Notes: generated by a model not told the origin, from the sequence alone. Positions 14,195-27,860 are shown, counted from the stretch's first letter. The stretch is DNA of 64,000 nt from Octopus sinensis (GCF_006345805.1 NC_043000.1:128526001-128590000); one strand, 5' to 3'. Program-made: numbers and translations.

Positions 14195-14956
14195 CAGGGT
14201 GCGGTTAATAAACTATCGTCTAAATTATGCAAAAATGAAAATAACACTGACATTTTAACAGATATATTTACCAAAATTACATAAAAGTATCTTGAAATAC
14301 TAAACAGTAAATTTATTCAATAAAATCGCCATTGGCGTCAACTACGACCTCCAGAGGACTTCGGAATCTCCTGCAACTCTTCTAGACGGTCTCCTTGTTT
14401 AAGTTGGTGAATGCTGCCATAATCCTTGCCTTCAGTTCATCTTTGGTGTTACAAGAAGTTTTGTTGGTCTCTCGCTTAACTGCACACCACACATAATAAT
14501 CAAGGGGGTTGTAGTGTGGGGAGTTCGGTGGCCAGATGTTTGGGGTGAAGTTAGGGAAATTGTTCGACAGCCATAACTGGGTTCTCCTGCTTGCCTGGCG
14601 TGGGCCAGAGTCCTGTTGCCAGACATAGGGTCCTCCAGCAGCCACCCTCTTGAACCAGGGCAGCTCTACCTCCTTCAGGCACTTGTTGTAGGCCTCCGTG
14701 TTGTGTCTGAGGCCATGTGGGAAGACGAATGGCGGCATAGCGTCGCTGTCACTATTGAACACTTCAAACACCACGATGTTGACTGGATGTTTGATTTTTA
14801 TCACTCTCGGTACATGTCCTCTGAATGCAATGTCCTCAGATTGACACCCAAACACTTTGAAATGTTCGTATTGGAGCTTCCGGCGCGAATGCCAAGCAAC
14901 ACAGCATGTCGTTTCCAAATTTCTGTCAGAGTGAATTGCGTTATGGTGCACCCCTC
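14195..14956 (-). mobile_element. Internally deleted mariner-like (maT/DD37D-type) DNA transposon
   Basis: Minus-strand VWQQDSGP...WPPNSPHYNPLDYYVW catalytic motifs (36 aa between the two visible Asp; family typical 37); ends begin cagggtgc / gaggggtgc. Confidence 0.85.
14382..14930 (-). pseudogene. Partial maT-like transposase
   Basis: C-terminal DDD domain in one frame; HTH-like N-terminal stretch (EIWKRHAVLLGIRAGSSNTNISKCLGVNLRT) in another; first catalytic Asp region absent. Confidence 0.8.
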
Positions 14957-16379
14957 TACACACACACGAACGTATGTGTATATATATTCTTACTGAATTA
15001 TAATTACTTGCTTTTCTCTGAAAATGTCCGTATTTTACTTTTAATGCATGCCTCTGAGAAAACTGGTGTCTTTCTACCCCAAACTGTCACATCGATACAA
15101 ACTATCAAGCCCATCACTTTGAGATATAAGTACCTACCTACCTACCTACCTACCTACCTACCTACCTACCTACCTACCTACCTACCTACCTACCTACCTA
15201 CCTACTTACCTACCTACCTACTTACCTACTTACCTACCTACCTACCTACCTACCTACCTACCTACCTATCTACCTACCTACCTACCTACCTACATACATA
15301 CATACATACATACATACATACATACATACATTCTTACATAAATACATTTAAACATACATATAAACACTCATACATATGTGCATGCATACATCAATGCATA
15401 CAAAACCACATACATGTACGTACACAAATGCACGCATACACACACCTGCACACGCAAAAGCGTGTGAATATCTTTGAGGGAAAAACACGAGGCGGAGTAA
15501 GTAAAGGTTTGGTATATCAATTGCTTTGAGACTTCCTTGATGATACAATGCAATCGCATGCATACAAACAATGAATGAAAAAGGGAGGGATAACGAATGT
15601 CACATATAATGAATGAAATATATATTATTGAATGAGAAGGAAACAGGAATTACGTAATCACTTCCATTACTTTACAGTTGTTTCTGCTATTAGAAGTAGT
15701 GCACTCAGAGTTGAGTGCTCATACAACATTTTATGATTTCCTTGCTGCCATTAAAATGAATGAATTAGAAAGATAGAATATAGACACGATGAATGCGAAA
15801 GACAGATAAAGTGAGAGAGAGTTCTTCTATGTGGTCTCTGGACATGCAAGCAATATGTAAATATGTTATGTGTGTGTGTGTGTGTGTGTGCGAGTACGCG
15901 CGTATATGTGTGTGCGTGCGTGCTTACGTGTGTAGCCATACATGTATATTTTATGTATATGTGTGTATGCATGTATATATGTATGCTTGCATGCATTGGC
16001 TTGTCTCTTTATCTATGTAGCCATCAATGTAACTAACTAACTAACTAACTATATGTATATATATATATGCAAATAACAAAAAAGCTCCAAAAGTCCAAGG
16101 GACGTTCACAATTAATATTATTTGATTTATACCCAAGAGAGAAAAATATAAAGTTAAAGTTGTATAGTAAAAGTATAAAGTTTCGGATATAGTTCTTCGT
16201 CGGATACTAGAAAAAAGTCCAAGAGAGACTTGGAAAAGACGGGAGAGGGGAAAGGAGATAAGAAGAGAGCAAGGAAAAACGCACATGGGCTTGGTTTACA
16301 TGTTTCACTTGTGACTAACCAGAAGTGCAGGAGTCGTAGTATATATATATAAAAAATCTTGCACAACAAATATTTAAAC

Positions 16380-16442
<63 letters not shown>

Positions 16443-16977
16443 TATATATATAATTAGACGTGCTTGAACTGTCTAATCAATCATGGATATTGTACGATTC
16501 AATAGGTAGGCGGTACTCTGATTTTATTTCTTTGTTAATCTAATAAAAAGAGAAGAATAGACTTGGAGCATATAATATAAAGATAATGTGGAATACTTAA
16601 TACAAGTTACCTTGCCCTACATTCTGATGTTCCAATAAATATTTACTTTGCCAGCCGCTGTTGAACTAGACGCAATTATTTGTTTAACATAACAATATAT
16701 AGTTCTCTGACATCACGAGTGATGATATCTTTGTTACTCGACCAGTTATGGGCAAATGAGCGAAGTATTCAATTTATATATCTCAACATGTATGTGTTTT
16801 TGTGTATAGGTGACGATTATATTATTCAGTGTATTCTCTTTAGTAGATCGAATTGCCTTAATATTTAAATATATACATACATGCATATATGTATATGTGT
16901 GTATTCACACACATACACACACAGATAGAGATAAACACATATTCAAACTTTGTACATACATACACATACAAGTTGCA

Positions 16978-17040
<63 letters not shown>

Positions 17041-17361
17041 ATGTGTGTGTGTCTGTGCGCACACACACATACACACTCAAAGATATATACCCATGTTTGT
17101 ATGTCAGCATGAAATACATATTCTTTCAGTTGTAGTCAGGAAGGAAGACAGTGTCCATGACCCATTACAGAGCCTCCGAGAATGGAGGGAAAGAGGGAGG
17201 AAAGAACTTATCCTCAAGTCAGAGACCTGGCCTTAATACTTTTAACAGAATGAACTCTAAAGACAAGTAAGGTGCCAGATGGGGATGTTAAACTGGGCGA
17301 CGGGTATAGGCTATCACCCAAGTAAAGACATCATATACATATGCATTTACACACATACAGC

Positions 17362-17439
<78 letters not shown>

Positions 17440-17717
17440 AAGACGCATACACACTCACGAGCGCACGCACACACACACACACACACACACAACACACACA
17501 CACACACATGCACACACACGTGTATATAGCCACAGAATGGGTATATTACATTGACTAGACAGTGGTGACGAGATAAGAAATTCAGCAGAGACAGAAGAAA
17601 GGGTAAACGTAAAGATCAGTGACAGACGGTATTTAGATATGTGTTTGTGTGTGCGCTCCACTAAAATACCAGCCTAAAACATTGCGATCTGCAATGTCGA
17701 TAGCTGAGTAACGCACA

Positions 17718-17785
<68 letters not shown>

Positions 17786-18384
17786 AACACTCAGTCATAC
17801 ATATACTTGTACATACACCCGAATGCAAGTTTGTAAGCATTCACATGTACATACATACGCACACACACACATGTGCACCTTGATAATTCGTGAGTATGTG
17901 TGCTTATTTATGGCTGTTTAAAATACACCTCAAAACCAATATAAGAACTTAAAAGACAAAAAAGTATAAAACGCAGCTAGCATGAATCCTTACAAAACGA
18001 ACAACCGAATGCGTAGGCCACTGCATCGCATATGTTACGTTTGGGTGATTATGTGTGGTGGAAGTTCAGAGAAATAAAGAATGACTTGAAATTGCGTGGA
18101 GAAGCGACGAGTTGTGTGGCATTGAAGAAGTTTGCTAACTTATCTGGGAAACCCAGTTTCACAGATAAGAACTTTTAGGAAGCGTCCAATGAAATAGCAA
18201 CAGATCGCTAAAACTTTTCATTCACCCCTTCAATTTTTCCATGCCACTCCTAAGTTTTCATTTCGATGCTTTCGGTCTCATACAATACCATGTCTTTCCG
18301 CTTCCCAGTTTCGCCACGAACAGTAAGTTAATCTTCTGTTTGTGCTTAGTCACTTCGTTTGGTATCAATAGCGGACTTTCTTTT

Positions 18385-21300
18385 TCCTACTTACCTCTAC
18401 CACACACACACTGATAAACATGCACACATGCACTTCGCACCATCAGATTACCACTCGTCCAGCCTATACCTGTCTTTGGCAAGGGTTGGAGCTTGAAACC
18501 AGTTTGTGCCACAGTTGCGTACGTTATCTTTGAAGGTTGATCTCCAGATTTTCTTTGACCTGCCAATTAGTCTCTCCCCACCAGCTGGTAATCATATCAT
18601 TGCAGTTCTTAGTGGGATATTGTCCTCCATTTTTAGGACATGCCCTGCCAGCTGCATTCTTCTGCCCTTGATGACAAAACTCAGGCGTGTGGCACTGGCT
18701 CTTCGAAATACCTCTTCATTTGTGATCTTGCCATCTAATGTCCAACATTTTCTAAAGGCATTTTGTTTGAAAGTAACACTCTGGTTTTCACTTCTGGCAG
18801 TACTTTTTCATGTGACAGCAGCATATGTTGTTGAAATAACAATTGACCAGAATAACCTTAATTTGGTTTGTGATGTAAGTCTCTTTGATTTCCATATTGA
18901 TAGGAATTTGTTGAATACTCAAGAAACTTTTGCTATCATTTGTTTTACTTCAATTTCATCATTGCCATCTGAACGCTACCAAGATATGTGAATCGTTGAA
19001 CCTCTTCTGTCTTTTATCCATTGATTGAAACTTAATGCATTTCATTGCAGGCTACTTTCTGTATTTTGTTACTTTTGATATATTTACTCGCAAGCCAATC
19101 TTAGCTGTTTCATCCAAGACATTTGTCATAGTCTGCATTCCTGTGCAGTTGTTGGTATAAAGAACTTACATCAGTAAAGTCTAAGTCTGCCAGTTTCATC
19201 TTTCCCTATCTTAAGCCATGTCCACAGGTGTCGAAGAACCTTCTCAGAATGTAGTCGAAGATTATCAAGAAAAAGAGTGAGGATAAGATGCATCCTGTTG
19301 CACACCTTATGGAACTGAAAAGAACTCAGTAAATCCTGATTCTGTATTAACACTGCAATTTGAGTCTTGATGAAGTGACTTAAAGATTTTGATATAGCAA
19401 TCGAGGACACCATAGGTTTGGAGGTGTTCGCTATCAAGAGTTTTTTGAAGTCAACGTATTTTAACATAATCGGGGTTCAGTGATTGCTCAATCATGTCCT
19501 TTAGCACGAAAATTTGCTCATTGCATGATCTTACTTTCCGAAAGCCCGCCTGTTCACTTCTAATTTTGTGGTCCAGTTCCTGTTTGTAACCTTTTCAGAA
19601 GCAGCCAACACATAACTTTTCGGACCATAATTTGAAGAGTTATACCTCGACAATTGTCGCTATCAGCAAATACTCCTTTCTTGACTCCTTTTAATCATTC
19701 GGTAAATGTTTCTCCTTTATTCCAAATTATCATCCCGATCCCATGTTTTAGATGTTCAGCAGGTATGATGTCTAATCTAAGGGATTTATTATTCTTCTGG
19801 GTTTTGATTGTCTCACGTATTTCTTCCCTTGTTATATTGCTGAGGACCTCTGAATGATTGGCATCATTTTCTATTCTATCATCAAGTTCTAAAGTTAATG
19901 TTGAATTTAGTTCGTTTATCACTTTGCTGAAGTGTTCCGCTCATCATCTTGAATGCTCTTTCTTTGTCATGACAGTCAACCAATTTTGTCCTTAACTGGT
20001 GCTATATTACTATTACTTTTTGTGTTTGTTAGGTCTTGCAAAACTCTGAACAGGGATCTACTGTCATTTCGTTTTGGTGCAACTTGGGCTTCATTGCATT
20101 TGCTTTTTAACCAGTTCTTTTTGTCTAGCTTGCTAAAATTTTTAACATCCCTGTTGATATTGTTATACATTTTGATGTAAGTCTCGACATTGTCTTCTGC
20201 TTTTACTTAATCTCACTTTAATTCGATTCGTTTCCTCTCATTAATCAAATTCCAAGTTTCATTGAGATTCTCGTTGTCTGCGAGAGCCTCTATTTTCGCC
20301 AATTATTGCGTTAGTAGAGTTACCGATTGCCTTTTTGAAATTTTCTTATCTTTCATCGAGATCTACATCATATTTAAAAAATGCTAATCTGTCTTAAAGT
20401 TCCAGACAGTATTTTTCAACTATCTCTTTGACTTTTCGTTTTGCAATATCGAAAGAACTTGAAGATGTTGACTTTTTTTGAAGTTTTTTGAATTTTACTT
20501 GTGCTTCGTCAATTAGTAGAGAATGACCAGAACTGCAATCTGGGCCCTCGAAATCCACATTCGTGACTTGACAGATGGATCTCCATTTTCTGCTGATATA
20601 AATGTAATATATCTCTGAGATTTTTTATCCGGAGAGTGCATGGTCTTTTATGGACCTCTTTATGTTTGAAATATGTATTACAGATAAAGATTCCATTCAA
20701 GCTGCCAAAAGAAGTCAAACTCTCTCCATTACCGTCAAAGTCTTCAGCAGAATCAAAACAGCCAATAACATTCTTTTGACCCTTACGATGACTCCTTATC
20801 TTCGCATTAAAATCGCCAGTCAACAGTTTTGTGTTACACTGTGGAGTTTTCTCCAGCGTTTGTTGAAGCTAGTCGTAGAATTTATCATTTTCTTCTTCGC
20901 CTTGTTGGAGCGTTGACTTGAAGGATATACACTTTTGTGTGCCTGGTCTGTAAACAGGCTGTTATGATGCGTTCATTTACAAGAATCAATCCAAGGAATG
21001 CTTTAGCATATTCTTTCCTCAGTAGAATACCAACACTACTTTGGTGATGATCGGTATTAACAGAATGCAAGATAGTTACTCCTTCATGGCTAAGTTTGCC
21101 ATCCCCTGCTCACCTCATTTAAACCAACCCTAGTACGTCCAGGTTGTACCTGGTCATTTCTTTAACGATTTGAGCCAATTTTTGTTTTGATATAAAGTGA
21201 GGAGATTCCAAGTGTCGAAGTTTGTTGTTTGTTTGACATGGAAACCTCGAGTTGTCAGGATCTCGATAGCCTTTCGACTTTGAACTGGAACTGCGATAGT

Positions 21301-21460
21301 CAATCCATGTTGAATTGGTCCCTCGCTCCCATGCCAATTTTCTTCAATATTTGGAAGGTCCATTCTGGTTTCTGTAGTAGGTGAGTCTTTTAACGGTGTT
21401 GGGGTACCTGGCCTACGCTCAAACTTCCTCCTTTCTTGACCTGACTTAAGAAGGTTAATT
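18385..21460 (-). mobile_element. RTE-clade non-LTR retrotransposon, near full length, decayed
   Basis: APE motifs (TWNLLTLYQ, RYNLDVLGL, VGILLRKE, GDFNAKI, CNTYFKHK), RT motifs (DIIPAEHLKHG, VDFKK, GVQQ/GCILS, ADLDFTD) and RTE C-terminus (GRSKKIWRSTFKD...LAKDR); many stops and frameshifts. Confidence 0.93.
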
Positions 21461-21461
21461 T

Positions 21462-21537
<76 letters not shown>

Positions 21538-21540
<3 letters not shown>

Positions 21541-21920
21541 AATGGCTGTGTGGTAAGTAGCTTGCTTACCAATCACATGGTTCCGGATTCAGTGCCACTA
21601 CGTTTACCCTGAGCAAGTGTCTCCTATTACAGCATCAGACCGACCAATGCCTTGTGAGTGGATTTGGTAAACGGAAACTGAAAGAAGCCCGTCGTATATA
21701 CATACATATATGTCTGTATGTATTATTTGTGTCTGTTTGTCCGTCCACCATCGTTTGACAACCAATGTTGGTGTGTTTACGTCTCTGTAACTTAGCGGTT
21801 CTGCAAAAGAGCCCGATAGAATAAGTACTAGGCTTACAAAGAATAAGTCCTGGGGTCGATTTGCTCGACCAAAGGCGTTGCTCCAGCATGGTCGTAGTCG
21901 AATGACTGAAACAAATAAAA

Positions 21921-21925
<5 letters not shown>
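21538..21925 (+). mobile_element. SINE family A, full length
   Basis: ggaatggctgtgtggtaagtagcttgc ... ctccagcatggtcgtagtcgaatgactgaaacaaataaaagaa. Confidence 0.9.
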
Positions 21926-21967
<42 letters not shown>

Positions 21968-21968
<1 letters not shown>

Positions 21969-22276
21969 ATGAAGGGTGAAATTAATTAATTTGGAATAAT
22001 TATCAATTACACCAAGTAGTCTTCGGCATGTAAAAGCCTCATTCGAGGAAAATTTAAGTAATACTAAGCAATAAAGGGTTTAGCAACGAATTGCCTTACC
22101 ACATACCGAATTTAGAAATAGCAGTCAAAGAGTTATAGCTATTTCTTCTACTTAGCTATTCTTCTACTTTTTAGCTATTTCTTCTACTTTTTAGTAGAAG
22201 AAATAGCTATAACTCTTTGACTGCTATTTCTAAATTCGGTATGTGGTAAGGCAATTCGTTGCTAAACCCTTTATTG

Positions 22277-22280
<4 letters not shown>
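21968..22280. mobile_element. (TA)n-embedded foldback cassette
   Basis: Arms 22065-22152 and 22193-22280 (~88 bp) are perfect reverse complements; the spacer consists of re-copied arm ends; (TA)n on both sides. Confidence 0.75.
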
Positions 22281-22334
<54 letters not shown>

Positions 22335-22340
<6 letters not shown>

Positions 22341-22391
22341 GAAGTGATGTACCGATATTGAATATTAAACCTGACTACCTCGTTATTTTCA

Positions 22392-22452
<61 letters not shown>

Positions 22453-22506
22453 TTTTTGAAGTGATGTACCGATATTGAATATTAAACCTGACTACCTCGT
22501 TATTTT

Positions 22507-22509
<3 letters not shown>
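22335..22509 (+). repeat. 117-bp-period tandem duplication between microsatellites
   Basis: Identical 58-bp core gtttttgaagtgatgtaccg...cgttattttcaa at 22335 and 22452, each preceded by (TA)n(GA)n. Confidence 0.95.
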
Positions 22510-22583
<74 letters not shown>

Positions 22584-22861
22584 TATGTACATATGTATGT
22601 ATATGTATGTATGTATATATATATATATGTATGTATCTATCTATATGTATGTGTATATATATATGTACGTATATGTATGTGTATATATATATATATGTAT
22701 ATATGTATGTATACCTGTATGTATACATGTATGTATGTATGTATGTATCTATACATGCATACATATATATATACACATATATATATGTATGTATCTATCT
22801 ATATGTATGTGTATATACAAGCGCGCGCACACACATACATATATACACACATAGATATATA

Positions 22862-23945
22862 ATTTGATACTGTGATAAGTTTCGGCCTGTATTGGCCAAG
22901 GCCATGTCTAACTGAATAGCATCAACTGGCAAAATTATTCAAATCAGGAATCGGACAACATGGCCCACTCGAGAAGAGAGTTATTGTTTATGGAGACATA
23001 TCCAGATATAGGAGGTTTATCTGGGTATTTTTGAAGGAATTTGTGCAAAAACTTCTTGAACTTTATGGGGTCTGTCTCTACTTTAATGTGTTTTGGTGTA
23101 ATGTTAAAGAGAGTGGGGCCAATTGAGGTGAAATAATTGTGTCGTATTGTTGTTATGTGATACGAGTATGATTTATATTGCGGGTGGATAGCACGGGGTT
23201 CAAATCTTGGGTGTATCTTAAAGACGATACCAACATCATTTGGGCAATGCCGATAGAATATTTTCCACGTCATGCAGATGATGTAGTGCTCACGGAGGCG
23301 TTGGAGAGAATAAAGCTTGGGTTTTTCTCGTCGACCCCAATAGTCAAGTCTTGTGATGCCATCTATCTTTTTTGAAGTTGACCTTTGAAGTGCTTCAATT
23401 TTCATGATACTTTGTTTCGTGTGGGGAGACCACAGTGGACAACAATATTCAAGGTGGGGTCGGGCAAAAGTAGAGACAAGAAGGATAATAGTGTGGATAT
23501 CTCTCAACTGGAAAGTACTGAGAATGCAGGAGCACATTCTGCGGGCCATGTCAACTTTGCTGTTTATAAGAGCGGCCCAGCTTATGTTGTTGTCCTCAAT
23601 TACTCCCAAGTCTCTGATGTTGTTGGATGCTATGAGAATTTCACCTGAAGGAAGAGAGCATGGGAATTTCAAGGATCCTCTTTTCCGAAGTAGATCAACT
23701 CAATTGTGTCCTCGTTCAGCAGCATATTCTTCAGATCTGACTGAAGGCATGCCCGGTCACCCACTTCATTGATGACCTTCTGGATCTTGGAATCATCTGC
23801 AAAGATTCTTATGTTACTGTACTTGATGATGTCAGTAATGACATTGATGTAGATGATGAAAAGAAGTAGGCCCAACACAGTACCTTGTGAAACACCACTA
23901 CTGACTTTGGCTGGGCTTGGTTTTACTCCTTCGACTACAACATGA
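22862..23945 (-). mobile_element. CR1/Jockey-group LINE, 5'-truncated RT fragment
   Basis: SGVSQGTVLGLLLFIIYINVI...IFADDSKI, RDLGVI, RPHLEYCCPLWSPH, KIEALQR, LYSLQRLRE motifs in ORFs 23669-24169 and 22944-23672. Confidence 0.93.
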
Positions 23946-23951
23946 AGGAGT

Positions 23952-23999
<48 letters not shown>

Positions 24000-24355
24000 T
24001 ATGTATGTGTATATATATATATGTACGTATATGTATGTGTATATATATATATGTACGTATATGTATGTACAATATATATATATGTGTGTGTCTGTATGCC
24101 TGCGTGTGTGTGATATGTGTGTGTACCCGCACGTTCAGCCTGGACTCTACTTTGCCAACACACGATCAACGTTTTTAAACATTTTACCGCTGCTTATTAG
24201 TTTTAAAAATTCAAAAATCTGGTATATAAAAAGTGCTTTGATATTTGTATTTTCAGTTAGATCGTGATCAAGTGTTTTACTCCAAGGTACTCGGCGAGTA
24301 TGCACAGTTCCAGACTGTATTCAAACTTAAGAGTAATTACCGGGCCACTGGCATA

Positions 24356-25642
24356 CAGGGGTTGGACGAAATAATTGGAAACACCTTAAAATTTTAAACA
24401 AATTTATTTTAATATGGTGTGGGACCGCCTTTGGTAGTAAATACAGCTTGAATTCTACGAGGTATGGACTCGTACAAAGTTTGAATTGTTTCCAAAGGAA
24501 TTTTTGTCCATTCTTCAGCTAAAACAGTTTCCAGTTCTTGTAGTGATGATGTTGGAGGATATCGACTCCTTACTTCTTTTTCTAAAATGCACCATAAATG
24601 TTCAATAATATTGATATCTGGGGACTTGTAGCCAGATAAGATGCTCAACTTTACTAAAATGTTCCTTGTGCCACTCAGTAACAACTTTAGCTGTGTGAAT
24701 TGGTGCATTATCATCCTGAAAGATTGCATTTCCCCCCCGGAAACAGTTCCGCAACCATAGGATGAATTTGATCAGATAAAATGCTTAAATAGTCTTGACT
24801 ATTCATTCTGCCATGAAGGGAAACCATTGGGCCAAGAGATTTCCAAGATATAGCCCCCCATCCCAGATCATCACAGATCCTCCACTATGTTTAACAGTTG
24901 AAAGAAGGCAGTCTGGGTCAAATGCTTCTTTTGGCTGTCTCTACACATATACTCGGCCGGTGGTCGGAAATAAGGCAAAGGATGACTCGCCCAAGAAAAT
25001 AACATTCTTCCACATCTCTAGGGACCAATTCTATATACTCTACTATAATTCGGTATACTCTACTATAAACACTTTGCAACATTTGTTTTTGAAAGTAATG
25101 GTTTTCTGATTGCAGCCCTCCCGTGAAATCCAGCTTTGTGCAGCTCCCGGCGAATAGATTTTGTGGAAGCTGGGTTCTCGAGGTGGCCATTAAACTCTGT
25201 AGAAATGTTGGGAGCTGTACTTTTGTGATCCTTTCTAACAATTCGCATAAGAGTCAACGGTCCCTATCTGAAAGTTTTGGATTTATTCTGGAGTTTTGTT
25301 TCGACGAGGAGTATTTCCCCCTTTCTCAAAGGCTGTCATTACTTTCGAGACAGTACTTCTTGATACACCAAACATTTCGGCCGTTTTCGTTACGCTAGCG
25401 CCTGCCATACGAGCACCAGCAATTTGACCTCTTTGAAAGTCTGATAGACCTGTCATTTTAATGAATTTTAATTACCTTTTGTGATGATATCTGAAAAGAA
25501 ACAGCAATTTTAGCAAAACATTAAGCAACACTAATAATAAATCAAAAAACATAAAAATAAACAAGCTGTTGACGGTTTTATAGATATTTCAAAATTATTA
25601 TGCCATAAAGTTAGGTATTTCCATTATTTTGTCCAACCTCTG
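24356..25642 (-). mobile_element. Tc1 DNA transposon with both TIRs and TA TSDs
   Basis: TA|caggggttggacgaaataattggaaacacct ... aggtatttccattattttgtccaacctctg|TA (~30-bp TIRs); 1287 bp. Confidence 0.95.
24409..25456 (-). pseudogene. Frameshifted Tc1 transposase (DD34E type)
   Basis: MTGLSDFQRGQIAGARMAG...TAEMFGVSRSTVSKV, RRELHKAGFHGRAAIRKPLLS, QDDNAPIH, SPDINIIEHLW, KGGPTPY split across frames. Confidence 0.9.
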
Positions 25643-25699
25643 TATGTACAAACTTTAATTTACCTTTGCTTACATTCATTTTTCTCTTGCAGGCATCCA

Positions 25700-26850
25700 T
25701 ATTAACCTAATAATGGCACTGACACACAATTTGGGTTATCAGCAAGCTGCGTGTTTGAGGTTTCTGTACGACTCCACCGCGGCTGTTTATCTATTACGGA
25801 AATTTCATTCCATAGTAGTATATGATTCCTTCTGTCTCGTCATATTTGTCCAGCCATTCCTGTTTTAGATGTTTCTCCCCTCATTATGTTTATCTATTCT
25901 GACCTTTAGGAATCTTCCAGTTCTTCTTTTATAAGCCCTTCCGCAAACAGATAGAATGTTACTGATGCAGTTAGGTTTTAACCATTCAGAGTAGGTTCAT
26001 ACTTGGAAAGGAATTGCGACGTGTCGTGTTACTTTTGAACACGGGCAAGCACTTTTGATAAGGCAGACAATGGAATTTAATCTCTTTGTTCTAGAGAGTG
26101 ACTGTGGCTTTTACATGATGAACTATGTATGTGTTATTGAGGAATGTATTTTTTAGAATGTGCCAACTAATTTCTCGTGTATAAGCCGGTCCCTCGCCCT
26201 ACTGGTTTTGCTTGATGTAATCACTCAACACGCTCTTAACGATGACAGTGGGAGAACCTATAGCTTAATAAGAGTTCAATGGTAGCAGGCTTTCAAATCA
26301 ATGACGTTCTGATTCCTGATTCTGTTTTTTTAGCCTACACATCAATAAACAATAGTTACATGTTCTTTTCTTTTTCAGTTTAAACTGGATAGATATACAT
26401 AATGAGTTCAGATGTTCTACAAAAACTTGCGCGTCTGCATGGGGTATCATTCAATCTATCTTAATCGAGTTACAAGTTTCAGTGTTCTAGTTTCCAGGGC
26501 TAAGTCTTCGAAATGCTCCTTGTAGATGTTTTGCTGTTACTGGAGACAATGATGAACCATTCCTTTCATTTGTTAATAAATTTTATTATTGATTTGGAAA
26601 TTAACCTTATTATATGTACATTGTTAACTTCGCGATAGTAACCCAATGCAAATATTTAGGTATTTAACCTCATTCCAAGATTCTTTTCTCACTTGTTGTT
26701 TAGCTTAACCATCCTCACTTGTTTTCAAGCGTAGGATGTCTAGAACTACACTATTCTTGAGGATTGTATCAAAACGAGTATCCATTGCTCTGTCAGGTCG
26801 GTCCATTTCATTATGTGTTTATATTATTCCCTCCATCCTTCATTTTAACA
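25700..26850 (-). mobile_element. Possible very old LINE remnant
   Basis: Non-microsatellite stretch with a weak YKEHFEDL-like word on the minus strand; no intact motif. Confidence 0.3.
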
Positions 26851-27029
26851 ACTTAATGCTGACTTGGTGCTTAATTATCTTTCTTTCTTCGTTATAAGAA
26901 CTTATTTTCTATAGTCGCTAAGTATTACTCATTTCACACCGCCGCACACCTCCCTTCATCCCTTTTCCTTACTCAGCCTGCTATTACGTGAAACATTAAC
27001 ACTTTTAGTGATATCTTTTACTTGTGTCA

Positions 27030-27350
27030 GTGATTGGACTGCAGCCATATTGGGCCACCGTTTCAAGAGATTAATCGAACAAATCGACCCGGTACTTATT
27101 TCTCTTTTGCCGAAATCACTAAGTTACAGGAAAGTGACCAAACCAACACCGCTTGTCAAGTGGTGGTAATGGGGATATACACAAAAACACACATGCTTAA
27201 AGACATATCCACACACACACACGTGCGCGCATATATATATTTATATATATACATTATGGGCTTCCACATAGTTTCCATATAACAGATTCATTCACAAAGC
27301 ATGTGTTGGCCCTATGGTGTTGTAGGAGATACTTGCTCAAGGTGCTACAT
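27030..27350 (-). mobile_element. SINE family A, decayed
   Basis: Reverse complement of family-A 3' and central blocks (gactgcagccatattggg, aaatcgacccggtactt, caacaccgcttgtcaag, cttgctcaaggtgc). Confidence 0.75.
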
Positions 27351-27711
27351 AAACATTTTTTCTGGGGAAACGCTGTTTTTGTAGTAATTGAATAAATACA
27401 TAGACATGCATCTATCCATATGTATTAATTCACATTATGAAAATAGGCACCATTAGGGTCTTTTGGTTAAACTAAGATGAGCAAACTGGCGGATTTCGTT
27501 GTGATATAACACCACAATTCTTAGAGATAAAATAGCAGGCTATTTATTAAAATGAAAACGTGTTATTCTATGCTCAGTTCACTTGCACAATGCAATGCTT
27601 CTCAAAAAATATGTCGCAGCATATCAAAAACTATAATTTAAAGTTTTGGGAAATCCACACTAATGCTTGCTCATCTCAAAATACGTGTCATTCATAATCT
27701 TGTTATACATA

Positions 27712-27860
27712 GTCGTAAGAAGCTTGCTTCCCAACCACATGATTCTAGGTTCAGTCTCACTGCGTGGCACCTTGGGCAAGATTATTCTACTATAGCCTCG
27801 GGTTGACCAAAGCCTTGTGAATAGATTTGGTAGATGGAAACTGAAAGAAGCCCGTCGTGT
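27712..27860 (+). mobile_element. SINE family A, 5' half
   Basis: gcttgcttcccaaccacatg...ggcaccttgggcaag...ggaaactgaaagaagcccgtcg. Confidence 0.85.

Noticed and set aside
17129-17266. Apparent acceptor (tttcag) and donor (gtaagg) pair
   Set aside because: All three frames contain stops; no support as a coding exon.
22030-22050. Hammerhead call in the 22-kb cassette
   Set aside because: It needs two core insertions and GAAG for GAAA, and stems I and III do not form; noted only as reminiscent.
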